The notes under the pieces: model-generated
Seen by the model: the letters and a program-made list of their open reading frames with translations, nothing else
The model's database searches: none
What the model was told of the DNA's origin: nothing
Part shown: one piece after another, positions 63,690-64,000 of the stretch
Layout of the letters: each line of letters opens with the position of its first letter
Position numbering within the stretch: position 1 is the stretch's first letter
Assembly (NCBI GenBank): GCA_963790025.1
Contig: CAWBMP010000002.1
Coordinates: 320,001-384,000, forward strand
Origin: Nitrospirota bacterium
Lineage (GTDB): Bacteria; Nitrospirota; Thermodesulfovibrionia; Thermodesulfovibrionales; Dissulfurispiraceae
Direction: 5' to 3'
Length of the DNA: 64,000 nucleotides
Translations under genes and position numbers: made by a program

Positions 63690-64000
63690 ATGAAAACTAC
63701 GGGCAGGGTTCCCGGTCTCGTACTTCTGGCGATTATGTCATTGGCTTTGCTCGGCGGGTGCAGCACGATAGATATTTCGGACATCAGTGCTTATGACAAA
63801 TATTATACCGATTCAACCGCAGAGCGGACCAGAGGTATATCACCGAAGTTCGTTTTCTATGTGCCGTACAGACAATTCAAAATCTCCCAGTTTGCCACCG
63901 GTGACACAACCCCGATTCTCGATGCCCTGAAAACAGTTTTTGGCGAAGCTATTTCTTTCGAGAAATCAAATTCGACGTCCTATGTCGTTGATGTGAAGAG
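63690..64000 (+). CDS. Lipoprotein, truncated by window end
   Basis: AGGAGG RBS; MKTTGRVPGLVLLAIMSLALLGGC lipobox; frame open to the end. Confidence 0.75.
   Translation, partial: MKTTGRVPGLVLLAIMSLALLGGCSTIDISDISAYDKYYTDSTAERTRGISPKFVFYVPYRQFKISQFATGDTTPILDALKTVFGEAISFEKSNSTSYVVDVK

Overview
Bacterial chromosomal window, probably from an anaerobic Nitrospirota (Thermodesulfovibrionia-like) organism; this is an inference from gene content and RpoA/ribosomal protein sequence, not a database result. Core content: IorAB-type molybdoenzyme, orphan vorB, infB-rbfA-nrnA, rpmB-dciA, tig-clpP-clpX, a group 3b NiFe hydrogenase operon headed by a SemiSWEET gene, the str-S10-spc-alpha ribosomal superoperon (no rpmD, no adk), nth-birA-coaX-USP-GGR-rsmA, pyrE, a U32 protein and rnhA. 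An accessory island (about 10.8-21.7 kb) carries a frameshifted caspase-family gene, a split membrane KAP NTPase, a RAYT-type Y1 transposase with terminal repeats, a lipoprotein, an IS110 element with a candidate bridge-RNA end, and an Xre-RES toxin-antitoxin pair. Best candidates for novelty: (1) an operon for an exported beta-propeller protein with His/Cys at blade starts and a CxxCH motif, together with a MacB/LolCDE-type ABC transporter, a NosL-like protein, a TPR lipoprotein and a 31-aa uORF; (2) a small membrane ORF missed by the ORF track, coupled to rplQ, with an in-frame TGA followed by a SECIS-like hairpin (candidate selenoprotein); (3) inverted short-tandem-repeat elements in operon spacers, some present as reversed copies; (4) a CheY/MCP-like/pseudo-CZB fusion protein. 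Several single-base frameshifts may be sequencing errors.
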